A stretch of DNA of 64,000 bases. Source: Pelomyxa schiedti (lineage: Eukaryota > Protista > Evosea). Shown here in pieces: positions 38,524 to 50,838 of this stretch; position 1 is the stretch's first letter, and every line of letters starts with the position of its first letter. The stretch is from the NCBI GenBank assembly GCA_020536535.1, contig JAHLWZ010000859.1:6447-70446 (forward strand), in the 5' to 3' direction. The translations under genes and the position numbers were made by a program. The notes beneath the pieces are model-generated. The model saw nothing but the letters and a program-made list of their open reading frames with translations, was not told where the DNA came from and ran no database searches.

Positions 38524-41236
38524 TTACTTTTTGTTTTCTTGATGTGGGTTGGCCTGGGGATGTGGGCCTTCCTCCCCCAGTTGGATAAGTACTGGAATAG
38601 AGCACGCCATCACCCTGCCATCGAGGTAACTGTACCGTAGTGGGTGGGGACCTGTAGTGTGTGCCGTCCTACTCACTCTGTGTGTTGGGGGTATTGTTAG
38701 TGATGGATGGAGAGCGCGGTAGTGTGTTTTGATGTTTGTGGGTTCAAGTGTTACTGGGAAGACATACATTGAGTGTACAACGTGGCCATGATGCTGCCTT
38801 GATACCACCACTGGTTCCTGACTGGGAGAAATCTGATTCAGGTGCACAATGAACGTGCCTTCCGGGGCAGAGGAAAGCGCGCTCTCAATATCCTCTAATG
38901 TTGCAAACGGAACAAACCACCTGTTTGTGGGGAGTTCTTTGAGAGTAAATATCCTCTAATGTTGCAAACGGAACAAACCACCTGTTTGTGGGGAGTTCTT
39001 TTAGTGGGGGAAATGTACCCCAAAACGGAGAACACTTACTCCTGTGAGCATAGAACATTCAACTTGGAAATTCAACGTTAGAGGCGAGTCCATTTTTTTG
39101 GGGGAAAAGTACTCACTTCTTCAAGAAGTCCACTGTTAGGTGTAAAGAAGTTCCCAAAGCATTGGTACAACAACAGGAATTTGTCTAATGATATCGTGAA
39201 CCCTACTGAATGAACGCATCACGATTTAATATTCAAGTGAAGTGCAAGTAATACCACAATCGCGGACAGCTGCAAATGAGTCAAGTGGCACCTGCGCCGC
39301 TGTGGAGATCAGCCTTGCGAAGTCGCCCCAGGCGACTTCATCTACAAGACCAGGCCCGCTCGATAGCTGAGCCCACAGCTGTGTGGCAGGTGTCGACGAA
39401 ATGGTATACTCACCCCAGGCTCGATCTAACAACGATAGGACTTCTGAAATGCTCGGCCGCTTCAAAGAAGTTAGGAAAAAAAAAAATCAAGAAGGGAGGG
39501 AGACTTGGTTTGGGTCAAACTGTAAGCTCCTCTCTAAGAGTTCTTTCTATGTGGCTGGTGAATGAATACTACAGTGTTGGTATTATATTAAGGCATTACC
39601 AAAGATGGAGGTACTGGCTCATCTGACCCAGTCCGGTGACGCGGGCGTGGAATATTTGGAGGGACTTCAGGGTGGAGGTGTGGCTGTTTCCCTATTTTTG
39701 CTTTCAGATCAGCCTCATCGGTATATTGACCCTCAAAGAGAACTTCTTCTGTGAATAGCTCCCAGAGAAGAAGTGCAAGGGCATAACTAAATAGAATAGC
39801 ATTGGACCATGATGCAAGTGTATTGGATAGGCTTACATATCAGATCCTGTAGATGCAGGTTGTGTCTTCAGAACCAATTCAGGGGCGCTATATAGAGCTT
39901 GCCAAGTTGGTTCAGACGAAGACTGTTCAAGTGGGGGGCACTTACGTGTTCCACAATAAGGCTCATGCAAAGAAACCGTGGTGCCTGGTTGAAACCACTT
40001 TCCAAACCCAAAATCCGCAACCTATTTAGTGGCAATAGCTAAAACACAAAGCACTCATTTCAAAAAGGTGATGAAGAAACTTTGGCAATCATGTGTCTAT
40101 CAATAAGAATATTGCCTGGTTTCAGGTCTCTGTAGCACTATAAGATGGTGCAAATCAACAAAAAGAAATTGCCTGTGTATTATTTTCTTAGTGTTATGCA
40201 AGAACTCGATTCCAATAATCTAGGTTAGGTGAGAGAAGAGTAGGTTGTTAGTGAAAGGTACTATGTCACGGGCGATGCGAAACTTGAGGTTCATGTTCAA
40301 GCCTTGGTGAAGGTGGGCAAGTTCACTGGGCAGGCTAGCAGGGGCGTGGATCAAGGTGTGCAAATTACACGAAAGCCTTTCAAAAACAAGATTCACTGTG
40401 TTGTTCTTTACACATGTGCCTTGGGGGATATTCAGGTTAAGGAAACTTACTGTGAAAAGATTATACCCAAGAATGTAACAATATTGGGGTGGTGGATTTG
40501 TCTGAGCAGAAGTTAAGTCAAGACGCAGCCAGCAAAAGATACTTACTTTAACAAGGCTGCTTCAGCTTTAAACGAACCTATCTCAGTAGCTAGAGTACTT
40601 GTCAGAGCCCCAATGGCACCTGTGTGCGGAATTTTTACTGCCACTTCTGAACCCCCAAGCATTCCTACAGAATATCAATTCATATTTAGTAGGGAAAGAG
40701 GTGCTCAGGTGAGGAGTAAAACCTTTGTAAACGGCACCATATGCACCGGCGCTGATCAAACCATTTGGAAGAATGCATAAAGCATCAGGTATGATATCCA
40801 CTGCCCCATGTGAAGAACTAGTACTAGTTGAGCTTCCTGGGGTCAAATTGACGGAACAGGGGACGGTGGCGGTTTGGGATTGTGGGTCACTTGGACCGTG
40901 TTTGGCCTCTCCTTTGCGCCTCAGCCACAGCCTCTTTTCATACTTTTGAACACCTTGCACCCAACTAACAGGGTAATACTCCGTCGCGGCGGCCTGGGCC
41001 AGAGCCGCCGATCTAAAGGTCGCGATTGGTTTACGGCCTGAGTATGTCACTACCCTGTGAGGTTGGGTTGGTTTGTTTGTTCGTTCGTTCGTGCGTGCAC
41101 AACAACAGGCAACTCACACTTTGCCAAATATGTCGGTTTCTTTAAATGCTTTCCGTACTACGTGTGCTGGAACCCTTTCCGCGTTCATTATCACCATAAC
41201 ACGACTTTCTTCTATCCCCTCATTGGTAGCAGCCAT
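38524..41236 (-). CDS. TKL protein kinase with degenerate C-terminal SH2 (SHK-type), copy 2
   Basis: SAGAYGAVYKG, VAVKIP, IIHRDLKPGNILI, VADFGFGK, GTPLYSAPE; SH2-like WFVPFATLEDIESALSSAPEGTFIVHL. Confidence 0.85.
38887..39001. repeat. 54-bp direct tandem duplication (61-nt period) spanning a splice acceptor
   Basis: aatatcctctaatgttgcaaacggaacaaaccacctgtttgtggggagttcttt at 38887-38940 and again at 38948-39001. Confidence 0.95.
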
Positions 41237-41774
41237 CCGCCGACAAACCACTGTAGTTTTTTGTCCCTACTGGCTGCTGTTGCTGGCGCTCCATGCACTC
41301 CGATACTCAAATTCGCGCAATGGGCGCGATTTTACGGCAAAACGAAATTTTGGTGTCTGGAGTTTGGCAGTAAAAAAATGCCATCAGGAAGATCTAATTA
41401 ATTAAAAACCGCAAACATAATAAAAACCAAAGGGGGAAGAAGTAACACGTACGGCGAGATCATGTCGCGACCGTGGTAGTCAGAGCTACATCATAGGGTT
41501 GAGGGTGGGTACCTTGTTAATGCCAGTGGGAGTGTGACCACACCTGCTGTTATGCACCCAGCCAAAACCCACCAAGGCCACTCCTCGAATCTGCACGCTC
41601 CTCTCGAAAAGTCAATCACAAGGTTTGTGAAACCTTACTTGTAGCATTATATCTCACGACAAACAAGACCACAACGGTAGTAATAAATCCGAAGTACCGA
41701 GTTCCTACTGCCTCGCTTCTTCGTGTTTGGCCAAAAGGAAAAAACCCACGTTGTATTTCTTTATTGAAAACATG

Positions 41775-44628
41775 TTATGAACGGGCATTGAACTTCATTG
41801 TGATGTCGTCATCTTCGTGTTGTTGTGCAGCGTGCTTTTGATACAATACCTGACAAAGTGTTAGGCACTCAAAAGTTAGGAGGTAAAATGAACTTGGTTC
41901 AAGGCTGCCAATGATGCCTCAGGGTTTTGGCTGGATGCAAGAAAAAGTGGTGGGGGTACAGAGAATCCACACCCAAGTAGCGATGAAGATATACTTTGTG
42001 AGGCAGTAATGTGCGAACTGCTTAGAGATGTTGCTGATGTGGTTGTGGTAGCAGTAGCAGTAGCGGTTGAGGTTGGTGTTGGCGAATTGATGGGTGAAGA
42101 AGGAACTGTGGCAGGGGTGAATGAGGCAAACTGGGAATGCAATGAGCCACCATTAGAGGTTAGAAGTGACTCCACTAAATCACTGGCTTCATCTAAACCC
42201 AAGAAGCAGGGGTAGTTAACCTTTTAAGTTTTCATAACCTCATATAAAAAGATAAAGTCAAACCTTAAAGTTGATAACAGATTTCTCCATTTTTCCTCCA
42301 TTCGATTTCTTTGAACCTGACTGGGAAACGGTTCCCCAATTCTTACTAGCATGAATTGGATTGGAGAGAGTTCCAAAAGTACAACGAAACTCTGGAAGTG
42401 TGAGTGCCACCTATTTAGATACATTTGATACCCCCAGAAACAGAATAGTCATCAAAGTATTCCACAATTTTATCTTGGAGGGTGAGTAAACTTTCAACAG
42501 GGGAAAGAAATATATACCTGCACGCTCAGGCAGGGAGATAAGAAGAAAATAGGGCACTAAAAAGACTGAAATGACTTCATTTGCCCATTCAAAGATCCGC
42601 AGAGAATAAAAATTTTCAAATTCTTTGAGTACCTGCATATGAAGTTCAGAACTAGTATTGAAGTTTAGGAAATTACATCAGCTTTGTTCGGATTTTCTTG
42701 CCATCTTTTCGGGAAATAGTGAGTTGAGGAAACGAGATCCGCCATTTTCCCATCGGGGTCACAAAAAACATAAAGTGGCTTCACCATTGACTGTGATTTG
42801 TAAATACAGACTGGAAGATATTTGGATAGTACACGTGTGACACCCAAGAGAACTGTGAGGATAGTGATGTAAAGCACTGATGACAGCCCCCACAATTCAA
42901 ATACGAAATCACTATTGATCAGAGCAAGTACAATAAATACAACTACCAAAGAGCCAATTACGAAAGACAAGAACCTACTCCATTGGTTAAAGTTGAAGAA
43001 GGTGGAGAGGTACTACCGGCAAATGATGACAAGTGATCTACTAGTCTGAAATTGGTCCAGGTACAGATTTGCCTTTAGCACACACGAATCCAGCCTTTGT
43101 TCTAGAATGTGGTCAACCTCATTGAATTCCCTCAGCTTCCATTTTGCCAGGAGTGTCCAACGCCTGGTACTCAATAATGTGGGAGTGGAATGAATTTGCT
43201 GTTCCATTTGGTTATTTAAACGTAAGGCTATTTTTTGCTTGTACCTCGCCATATTTGAAGAAAAAGTACACAAGTAGAAATACCAAAACAAATGGGATCA
43301 TGAATATTGATAATACACCCAGTCCCCTCAAATGGTTTTTCAATCTTTGGCGTTTGAGTATGTGTAACAGAGGAAGAGGGCGCACTTAGTAGAGCACTGA
43401 TCTCTGTTATGGTATATTGGAACACCACGCATCTCTGGTACCACAATTTTGTTGAATATAAACATGACAGTTTCAGTAATCAATGGGGAGTGATATAACT
43501 AGTCCAAACTGTGAATTGGTGTAATTACACCAGGAGGGTACCCATGGGAGTCGTATAGTAAGGGCTTCATCGACAATTCGTTTATTAAACAATCCTATGA
43601 GAAAATTTTCGTCTCGGAGTACTTTCTGAATAACTTCTGTTTTCGAGTCAAAATATTCGTTGAATAAACTAGGAAATTACCTAATTCACTGCCCTCTTTG
43701 GGAAACTTCCTAGAGATTTGACACACTACCTCCCACCATCTGGCTGATTCAAGATCTTTCTAGTCGACATTACAACGGTATAAGAAATGACCGTAATGCT
43801 ACTTTGAACTCCAGACTGTTGATATAGAATGATCTAATAAGCCAGTATGTAATTACTCGCTTTACTGAAAGCACAAGCTAAAAGAAATTTATTTCTACAA
43901 ACAAAGAGTCAAAAGGTTTACTTGAATAAAGAAAATGACAGCGCATAGACTCAAAGAAACGACGGTAATTGTTGGGAGTCTAGATAGGAGGATGAACATT
44001 TTATGGTAGGCAGGTCATACTTCACAAAATCTACATAGAGAATAGGAAATGAAGTTCCGGAAGCGTGAATTAATTCTTCGTAGTCAACAAAGTTGATCAA
44101 AAATGTAAGAAGAAATACAACAAATACAAAAGACCTAGTCTGAGTTAATATGCCAATGATGCTGGTTTTTGCTTGCAAGGAAAAAGTAGTGAAGATTACA
44201 GTAGTTTGAACAACTCTTCTAGTAAAATGCAGAAGAACCCTTTGTGGTAGTAGTATCTATAAACAGTTCTCAAAAACGAATCACTGAGGGTGCCACCTGT
44301 TGTAAATATATAATAAATGTAAGAATTCAACTTGTGATTTGGCATTTTTAATTGCACCAGTGTCAGCAACGTCCACATGAGAAGAAGTTGCGGATGATAT
44401 GGTAGTCAACACTGGTGGCGCTGCGTCCTGAAGGAGACACTCGGCGTTGGTGTATGTGTCGTCGTTGTCACGTACGTCCAATTGCACGCTCCCATCTAAA
44501 TTGTGGGGTGTTTTTTGTTTTGTGTTTGAGTTGCAGACAACCAAAGGGCACGCAATCAGCGTTGTTGTAGCAAATGTCGTTGTCGTAGATACGGTACCTA
44601 TAAGTGGTTGCTTGACTGAACCGTCCAT
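41775..44628 (-). CDS. ATG9: autophagy-related protein 9
   Basis: FLRTVYRYYYHKGFFCILL, RDENFLIGLFNK, RRWTLLAKWKLREFNEVDHILEQRL, HYFPKRW, EVISVFLVPYFLLISLPERA. Confidence 0.93.
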
Positions 44629-44897
44629 TTCGCCCTCCCTCACTTTGTTTTGTTTTGTTTTTTGTTCAAACTTCCTCTCATGCTTTTCATCAAAAACCGA
44701 CTTAGCATCCTGGTTACTAAGTTGTCACACTGAGGTACATCAGGATGGTATCCGGGAGAGGCTGAAGTTCATTGAGGATAGTGTTTGGACTCATCTAGTC
44801 GTGTGTCTTGGGACAGGTCAGCAAGATCCTTCGGGACAACTGGTTGGTCAGATCAAAACAAATCAATTCGCCAAAACAAAGAGATAAAAAAACGACG

Positions 44898-47813
44898 ATG
44901 AGAAACGACAGCGACGTCGAATGTAATACTAGCAGCAGGCCGAAATTACGACCCAACAGCCGCAGCACCTCAAGACCACAAACAAATACGGTTAGTGCTT
45001 CTTTCGTTGGTCTTTTCCTCGCGACTACACGGCGTCTTGTTCGCGTGTTTTTCCTTTCCTTTTTTTTTCCCCCCCTCTTTCCAGTGAGTCGCTGTGTGTT
45101 GCTTTTAGTTTCCCAATCCTCACAAATAGCGTAAACGACGGCGGGAGGAAACACCACTGCGGACACAAGATAAAAGGATTCGCGTGGCCGACGTTCAACA
45201 TCACTCTCGAGAAAACGTTAAACAGTCTACGGTTTCAACTGCCGCGCAACCTGTGCGGCGCGGCAGGCCCCCTTCTTCTCACAAGAACCAAAAGCAGTCA
45301 GTGCGGACATCGCCTGCCCACAACCACATTGCGACACGCAATAATCACATTGTAAGAGGAGCAACTTCTCGGCAATACAGCACTTCTACTTCTATTCCAT
45401 CGGCAGGAACTTCTACTGGAAGACACAACACTCCTTCGAGTGATGATAGTCAAAGTGGCAGTGAAAGCGGAAGTTCAAGCACAACCGATAGTAGAAGTGG
45501 AAGTGAAAGTAGCAGCGGAAGTGGCAGTAGCAGTGCGAGTGGTAGTGGGAGTGGCAGTAGCAGTGGAAGCGGGAATAGAAGCCACCGCTTGGGGCACAGT
45601 TCTAGTAGTAGTGGGTCTGGTAGTTCCAGTAGTAGTGAAGCTGACAGTGACAGCAATACCGGTGAATCCTTAAGGTCACCACCGAAAAACAAGACACTTT
45701 CGGCCACTCGAAAACCCGGTAGGTTGAAGACTTCTGTAGAACGGGGACAGTGTGCTGCTAACGAACTTTCTACCACAGTGATTGTAGGTAGTAAATTGCC
45801 TTACTCGGTACATGTTTCCTCCTTTCAAGTTAAACCGGGAGAGGGTGGTTGGCCTGTGAGAAAGGGAGAAGAAAACATCTCATACTATGTAGCTTGATTC
45901 TCTCACATGGGACAAGCAACACAGAATAAATATAGAGAAGAAGTACTGCTATTGTGGCCAAGATAGGTATGCATCCCTTGATCTAAGATTCTGAACGCAC
46001 TATGTTTACTGTTTTTTCTGTTGTGTAAAAGACGACTATACTTTAAAAAAAAAAAAACACGTTCCTGGCTAATTTACCAAGCAGATCTGAGGAAGATATG
46101 CTTCTGTGTGACAAGTGTCACCAGTGGTTTCATCAAAGTATCGAGTTAACAACTATTTTCTTGATTCAAAAACTCTAGAGTGCGTTGATACACAAGCTCA
46201 AGAAAAGAAGATACCTGGTGATTGGGGGTACTCTTTTGTTTGTAGGATCTGTGGAGGAGGCTTTGAGATTTTCAAAAGAAACTACTTAGCATGGTGAGTT
46301 ATACACCCTTGGGTCTGAATTGATTAAGGGAAAAGGCCTCACATACTGGAGATTGCTTTATTCAACCTGGGACTCCAAGACAAAGCTCGTCGCGAATTAT
46401 TTTTTAACCTTGAAACCGAGGTGTTTCCCTGGGTTATGAATCACTGGGATCCGCTGTGCTTTAAACAAAATCGTATAACAACAATTTTTTGTACATTGCT
46501 CAATGATGGAAGGCACCTCCTGGCAACACCATGCACAAAGTTACATTAGTTTGTCAGAGGACTTCGAGTTTGATTCCGACCACAGTAAACATACATGTTC
46601 TTCTTCCATAGTGTTCCCATCGTTAAACAGGCAAAATAGCATTATGCGACAAGCAAAATCCCTGTTTAAAACATGACTCTCCCAATAAGCACAGCACAGA
46701 AAGGTATAGATATTCAATGAAGCATATTCTCACACGATTTCAGCAGTACAGCCTGCGAACCAAGCAGAAAGAGCGGTCAAATTAACAGCCGAGGAAACAC
46801 GAGTGGTATTATATTTCTTTGGGTTACACTTTAGTGACGTGTCAACAGGTCTACCAATTGACCATAATTTAGTACGCTTTTCTTTCTTTCGTTTTTCATT
46901 TTTCAATTTTTTGTGGAATCCCTAGATTCAGAGTGATACGTTAGAGTCCCAACCACTGGTGCATAACACTACAAAAACACCTCACCAAGAACAGGAATTG
47001 CTTCAGCCCCAACTGCAACAACAACCACAACACACTTCGTCACATTCTCATCATGCCCCTGTTTCAAAGACAACAAGTGAATTTATTCAGTTTGAGAGTA
47101 GCGCTGAAAAAGGTGCAGTCACGGCGGCCTCAAACATCAGACATCACCACAAGTCTCATACCCACCACACTAAATTATCTACGCAATCACTTGACATGGT
47201 TCCCAAAACACCAACACAGTACTGTACCCCTTTCTTTTTCCGACTTCGGAACTTGCTTCTGGATTCCTTAGATACCATTTCATCTCCATCTTCACAAAAT
47301 ACTCCTGGAATTTTGGTAACTACCAGTGTATGTGACACAGGACAAAACACACCAGAAACATCTCACGTAGCAGCAATTACAGAACCTGCTTTCCAGAACA
47401 ATGAAATTCTAAAGGAGCACCACATCGAATCCCCACCAACCCGGCCAACTTGTCATGCTACTCAGGCTGAAAAACAGTCTCAGAGTGATGTGACACCCAC
47501 CTCAACCCCAACACAAACCTCGGCACCAACATCTACATCAACATCACTCTCAAACACAACCTCACCAATATTATCTGCCGCTCATCAACAAGTATCCTCC
47601 TCACAGCTTCACGAAAATCAGCGTTTTGCACACACCACAACTATCACCAACCCTAAAATGCACCCGAAACTGTCCCTCAAACAACGGCAGCCACCACCCA
47701 TAAGAATTCTACCCGCAACCGCAACACACGCAACACCACTTCCACCGATGGTCAATGCACTGACACCTCTCTCATCCACAACCCCCCTTATTCTAAGCCC
47801 ACACCACAGCTGA
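44898..47813 (+). CDS. PHD finger + winged-helix protein (Polycomb-like PHD2-EH / ASH2L N-terminal type) with Ser- and Thr/Pro-rich flanks
   Basis: Spliced KKYCYCGQDRSEEDMLLCDKCHQWFHQKCV...GDWGYSFVCRICGGGFEIFKRNYLAWPHILEIALFNL...FFNLETEVFPWVMNHWDPL. Confidence 0.75.
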
Positions 47814-48352
47814 ACTTATCGTTCTCCATGTGGACTGCATGCATTCCGTTTTTTTAATTGCACCTCACTGCCTGTTGGCAGCTTTCTTGTTACCTCTTTT
47901 TATAAAAGGAGTGTTGTTCATACTGGTTTTGGGTTTACCCCTTAAGGCCCAAGGCAAAAAAAAAAAACCGAAATTTCTCTTCGAGGATAGTGCGGCGGCC
48001 GCGGCGCTGGCTACAGTGGCGTCGCCGAGCCCACTTCAGATTTCGACGAGGCAAACCCCAGCTGTACCTTGGGCCCAACCACAAACACAAACCTTTGTCT
48101 TCAGGTTCAGCTGTGGTAGGCAGACTCTGAGGGATTTCACATAATGGAACAATCTGCTGGGTGGTGTTGTGTAGAATATATTACATTGGTGTAGTTGCTA
48201 AGTGGCTTTGAGACCCCCACAGGTGCAGCTCTGTTTTTTTTTTCCTCAAAATAAAAGATTACGTCTGCCAATGTTGTCCCAAAAAAAGAGGCCAAATAGA
48301 AGCAAAATTCTTTGTTTCAAACAAAAAACCATAATTACACAAAAGTTATAAA

Positions 48353-49435
48353 TCAATCACTTTCAGCACCAGCCTTGACTTCCCAGTGAACACCATCACC
48401 CAAAGATGACCACACAGGCAAAATCCACCTGGGAATCCTCCTCAAGAACCCACAAGCGCCACGGCCACCAGCTCCACCCCCGAAAATGATGTTGAAGTTT
48501 CTCCTAGTGCCCAGGTCATACGGGTTGGTGTGAACAGCGGCGGTCCAGTTTTTAGCAGACATGCACTCGAGCGTGGTCAGGTTATGGGAGACCAGCCACA
48601 TGTGGAACACAAACAGCATCAACGGCGCGAAGGCGCTGCAGCACATGACGAGCGCCACGACCGAGACGACGCGGGTGCCGTCGCTGCCGCCCAGGAAGAA
48701 CTGGCTGGCGCCGGCGTCGCCGCTGAAGGTGGCCACGGCGAAGGGGGCGAGGGCGGCGGCGCAGAGGGAGTAGGAGGCGACGGCCCAGCCGAGCATCAGG
48801 ACGAAGAACTTGTGGTTGTGCCAGCCCACGCAGGTGTTGATCCACACGCAGTGGTGGTCCATGCGGGGGACGCACGCGCCGCAGTCGGAGCAGTGGTGCG
48901 TCCGCGGCGGCTTCTCCGCCACGCACAGCCGGCAGTACCGCCTCCCCGCCGCCCTCAGGGCCTCCAGCGCCTCCTTCCTCTCCCGCCGCCTCGCCGCCCC
49001 TGCCTCCACGTCGCCGTACTCGGCTCCGGACTCGGACTCGGCGCCGCTGGCCGGGTAGTACCTGCCGCTGGGGCCTCGCGCGGAGCAGCAGCCGATGCCG
49101 GAGCCGCCGCACAGGGGGCGGGTGGGCCGGAGGCGCACGCAGCGGGCGAAGCTGGCGGCCCAGGCGGCGGCGGCGGCGAGGTAGGCGCAGCCCAGCACGG
49201 AGGCCCACGCGGCGGCCAACGGCGAGGCGGCGCCGGAGCCGCCGCCCGCCGCGGCCTCCTTCACGGACTCCACGACCACTGCGAAGACGGAGACACAGCC
49301 GAAGGCAGCGATGGCAGGCGCCAGCGACGCACACGCCACACCCCCGAGCCACTTGCACGCCCTGGCGGCCGCACAGCAGCACCCTTTGCCCCCGCACTCC
49401 TCGTCGTTTTCGTCGTCATCGTCCAGTTCCATCAT
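48353..49435 (-). CDS. DHHC palmitoyltransferase (single exon)
   Basis: YCRLCVAEKPPRTHHCSDCGACVPRMDHHCVWINTCVGWHNHKFF, NLTTLE, NPYDLG..RNF; four TM-like helices. Confidence 0.96.
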   Translation of the reverse strand: MMELDDDDENDEECGGKGCCCAAARACKWLGGVACASLAPAIAAFGCVSVFAVVVESVKEAAAGGGSGAASPLAAAWASVLGCAYLAAAAAWAASFARCVRLRPTRPLCGGSGIGCCSARGPSGRYYPASGAESESGAEYGDVEAGAARRRERKEALEALRAAGRRYCRLCVAEKPPRTHHCSDCGACVPRMDHHCVWINTCVGWHNHKFFVLMLGWAVASYSLCAAALAPFAVATFSGDAGASQFFLGGSDGTRVVSVVALVMCCSAFAPLMLFVFHMWLVSHNLTTLECMSAKNWTAAVHTNPYDLGTRRNFNIIFGGGAGGRGACGFLRRIPRWILPVWSSLGDGVHWEVKAGAESD

Positions 49436-49623
49436 TTCCGAGCTGTTAAATTTCTACAGCGAGAAGTTCGGAGGAGGTGATCTAACTCTTTGGGTAGCAC
49501 CTTACACCAGTGCTCTTGTCCCTGTTGTCCATGTTCATACCGGTTGAGATCAAGAAGGACACAAAAAAAATATTGTTCAGGCCGGTGGTCGCGCTGCAGT
49601 GCATCAATGTAATTTCAGAACGC

Positions 49624-50585
49624 CTAAATTTCGAAGAAGATTGTTGTGCCCTGCCCCTCGAGGCACACCGACACCCGGAAGTCCAGACATCGGCGCACCA
49701 AATTCGATGTAAAGTTACAAGCTTTATGCAATAACCGCTTTGCTACGTCCCCTTGATAGTTTGGGGACGGCGGGATTCGAACCCGCGATTGATTTTGAGG
49801 GGTGAAAGACACAAACAGCACCGTAGCTAATTTATTTTTATATGCATCGGCGAAAACAGACCCAGAAAACAGCACTGTTGAATAACGAATTCTGGGGTGA
49901 GTGTGAATTGTGGGACCGGGTGAATTTTCCCTAGGACAGTGTTAATTTTAACACAAAATTGAAAAGGGACCTGATGTTTCAGGATTTCTTGGAGTTCTTC
50001 TTGAAGTTGACTGGTGGTGATCACACCTGATTGCTGTGTAAAGCACTTCTTTGAGCACCACAGATACTTCCTTTGCTCTTGACACTCCTTGTTCGTATGT
50101 TATTGGTGTGGATTTGGTGTGGGCCCTTTCCATGGCTTCCCTATCATCCCTTAACCATTTGCTGCCCACATTCTCGTATGAGTGATCACTGAGAACGCAA
50201 CGATGAACACATCAGTGCAAGGGTTACTTGATGATGCGGAACTTTTTCTTTTGCTGAGGATTTGTTGCTTGCCTTTGGCTTTGTTTTTCTTTGCTTCTAC
50301 AGAACTGCCACGTTTCCCGCCATCACTTCAACAGAGGGGATACCACTGCTATCAACAGAGCTTCCCATTCCGATACTACAAAGCAACTGCAACTGGATCT
50401 GCTCCGGGACCGATTCTGGTGGCTGGGAGCGTCGGCGGTGTGGGTTTTGCGGCCGGGGCGGAGCTTTCTGATTGCGGCGATTTGTGAGATGCTTTCAACT
50501 GATGGCCCAGAGCCGACGCAGGGACCAATGACCCACACCCGGGGCAAAACTCCTCAGTCTCGTTTTCGTTATCATAGGTGTACAC
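49624..50585 (-). pseudogene. decayed Rho/Rac-family GTPase-containing gene
   Basis: Collinear Rac-like fragments PCTDVFIVAFSVI / SYENVGSKW / LRDDREAMERAHTKSTPITYEQGVSRAKEV / LKEVLYTAIR, with frameshifts, in-frame stops and no G-box motifs. Confidence 0.65.
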
Positions 50586-50838
50586 ATTTGGGTGGTGGCA
50601 GTTGGAGCGGCAAGCCGAGTCAGGAGTGCACTTCTAGACCACCTTCAAAGTTTTAGAATGGAAATAAAGTTTTGTTGTTTAGTGGATATCACATTTATTA
50701 ACAACTACAACAAAATCTCTGGTTCATTGCTGCAAAAGGTGGAAGGTAGGTCTCAAAACACACCCCTTGGTGCGATTGGTAAAATCAACAACGACCCCAT
50801 TCTTGTTCTAAAAGGGGAAAGGGCCCGTTTTCGGTGAA

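Noticed and set aside
38887-39001. Direct repeats as a CRISPR array or transposon ends
   Set aside because: Only two copies, a 7-nt spacer, sequence derived from host exon/intron, and no cas or transposase genes.
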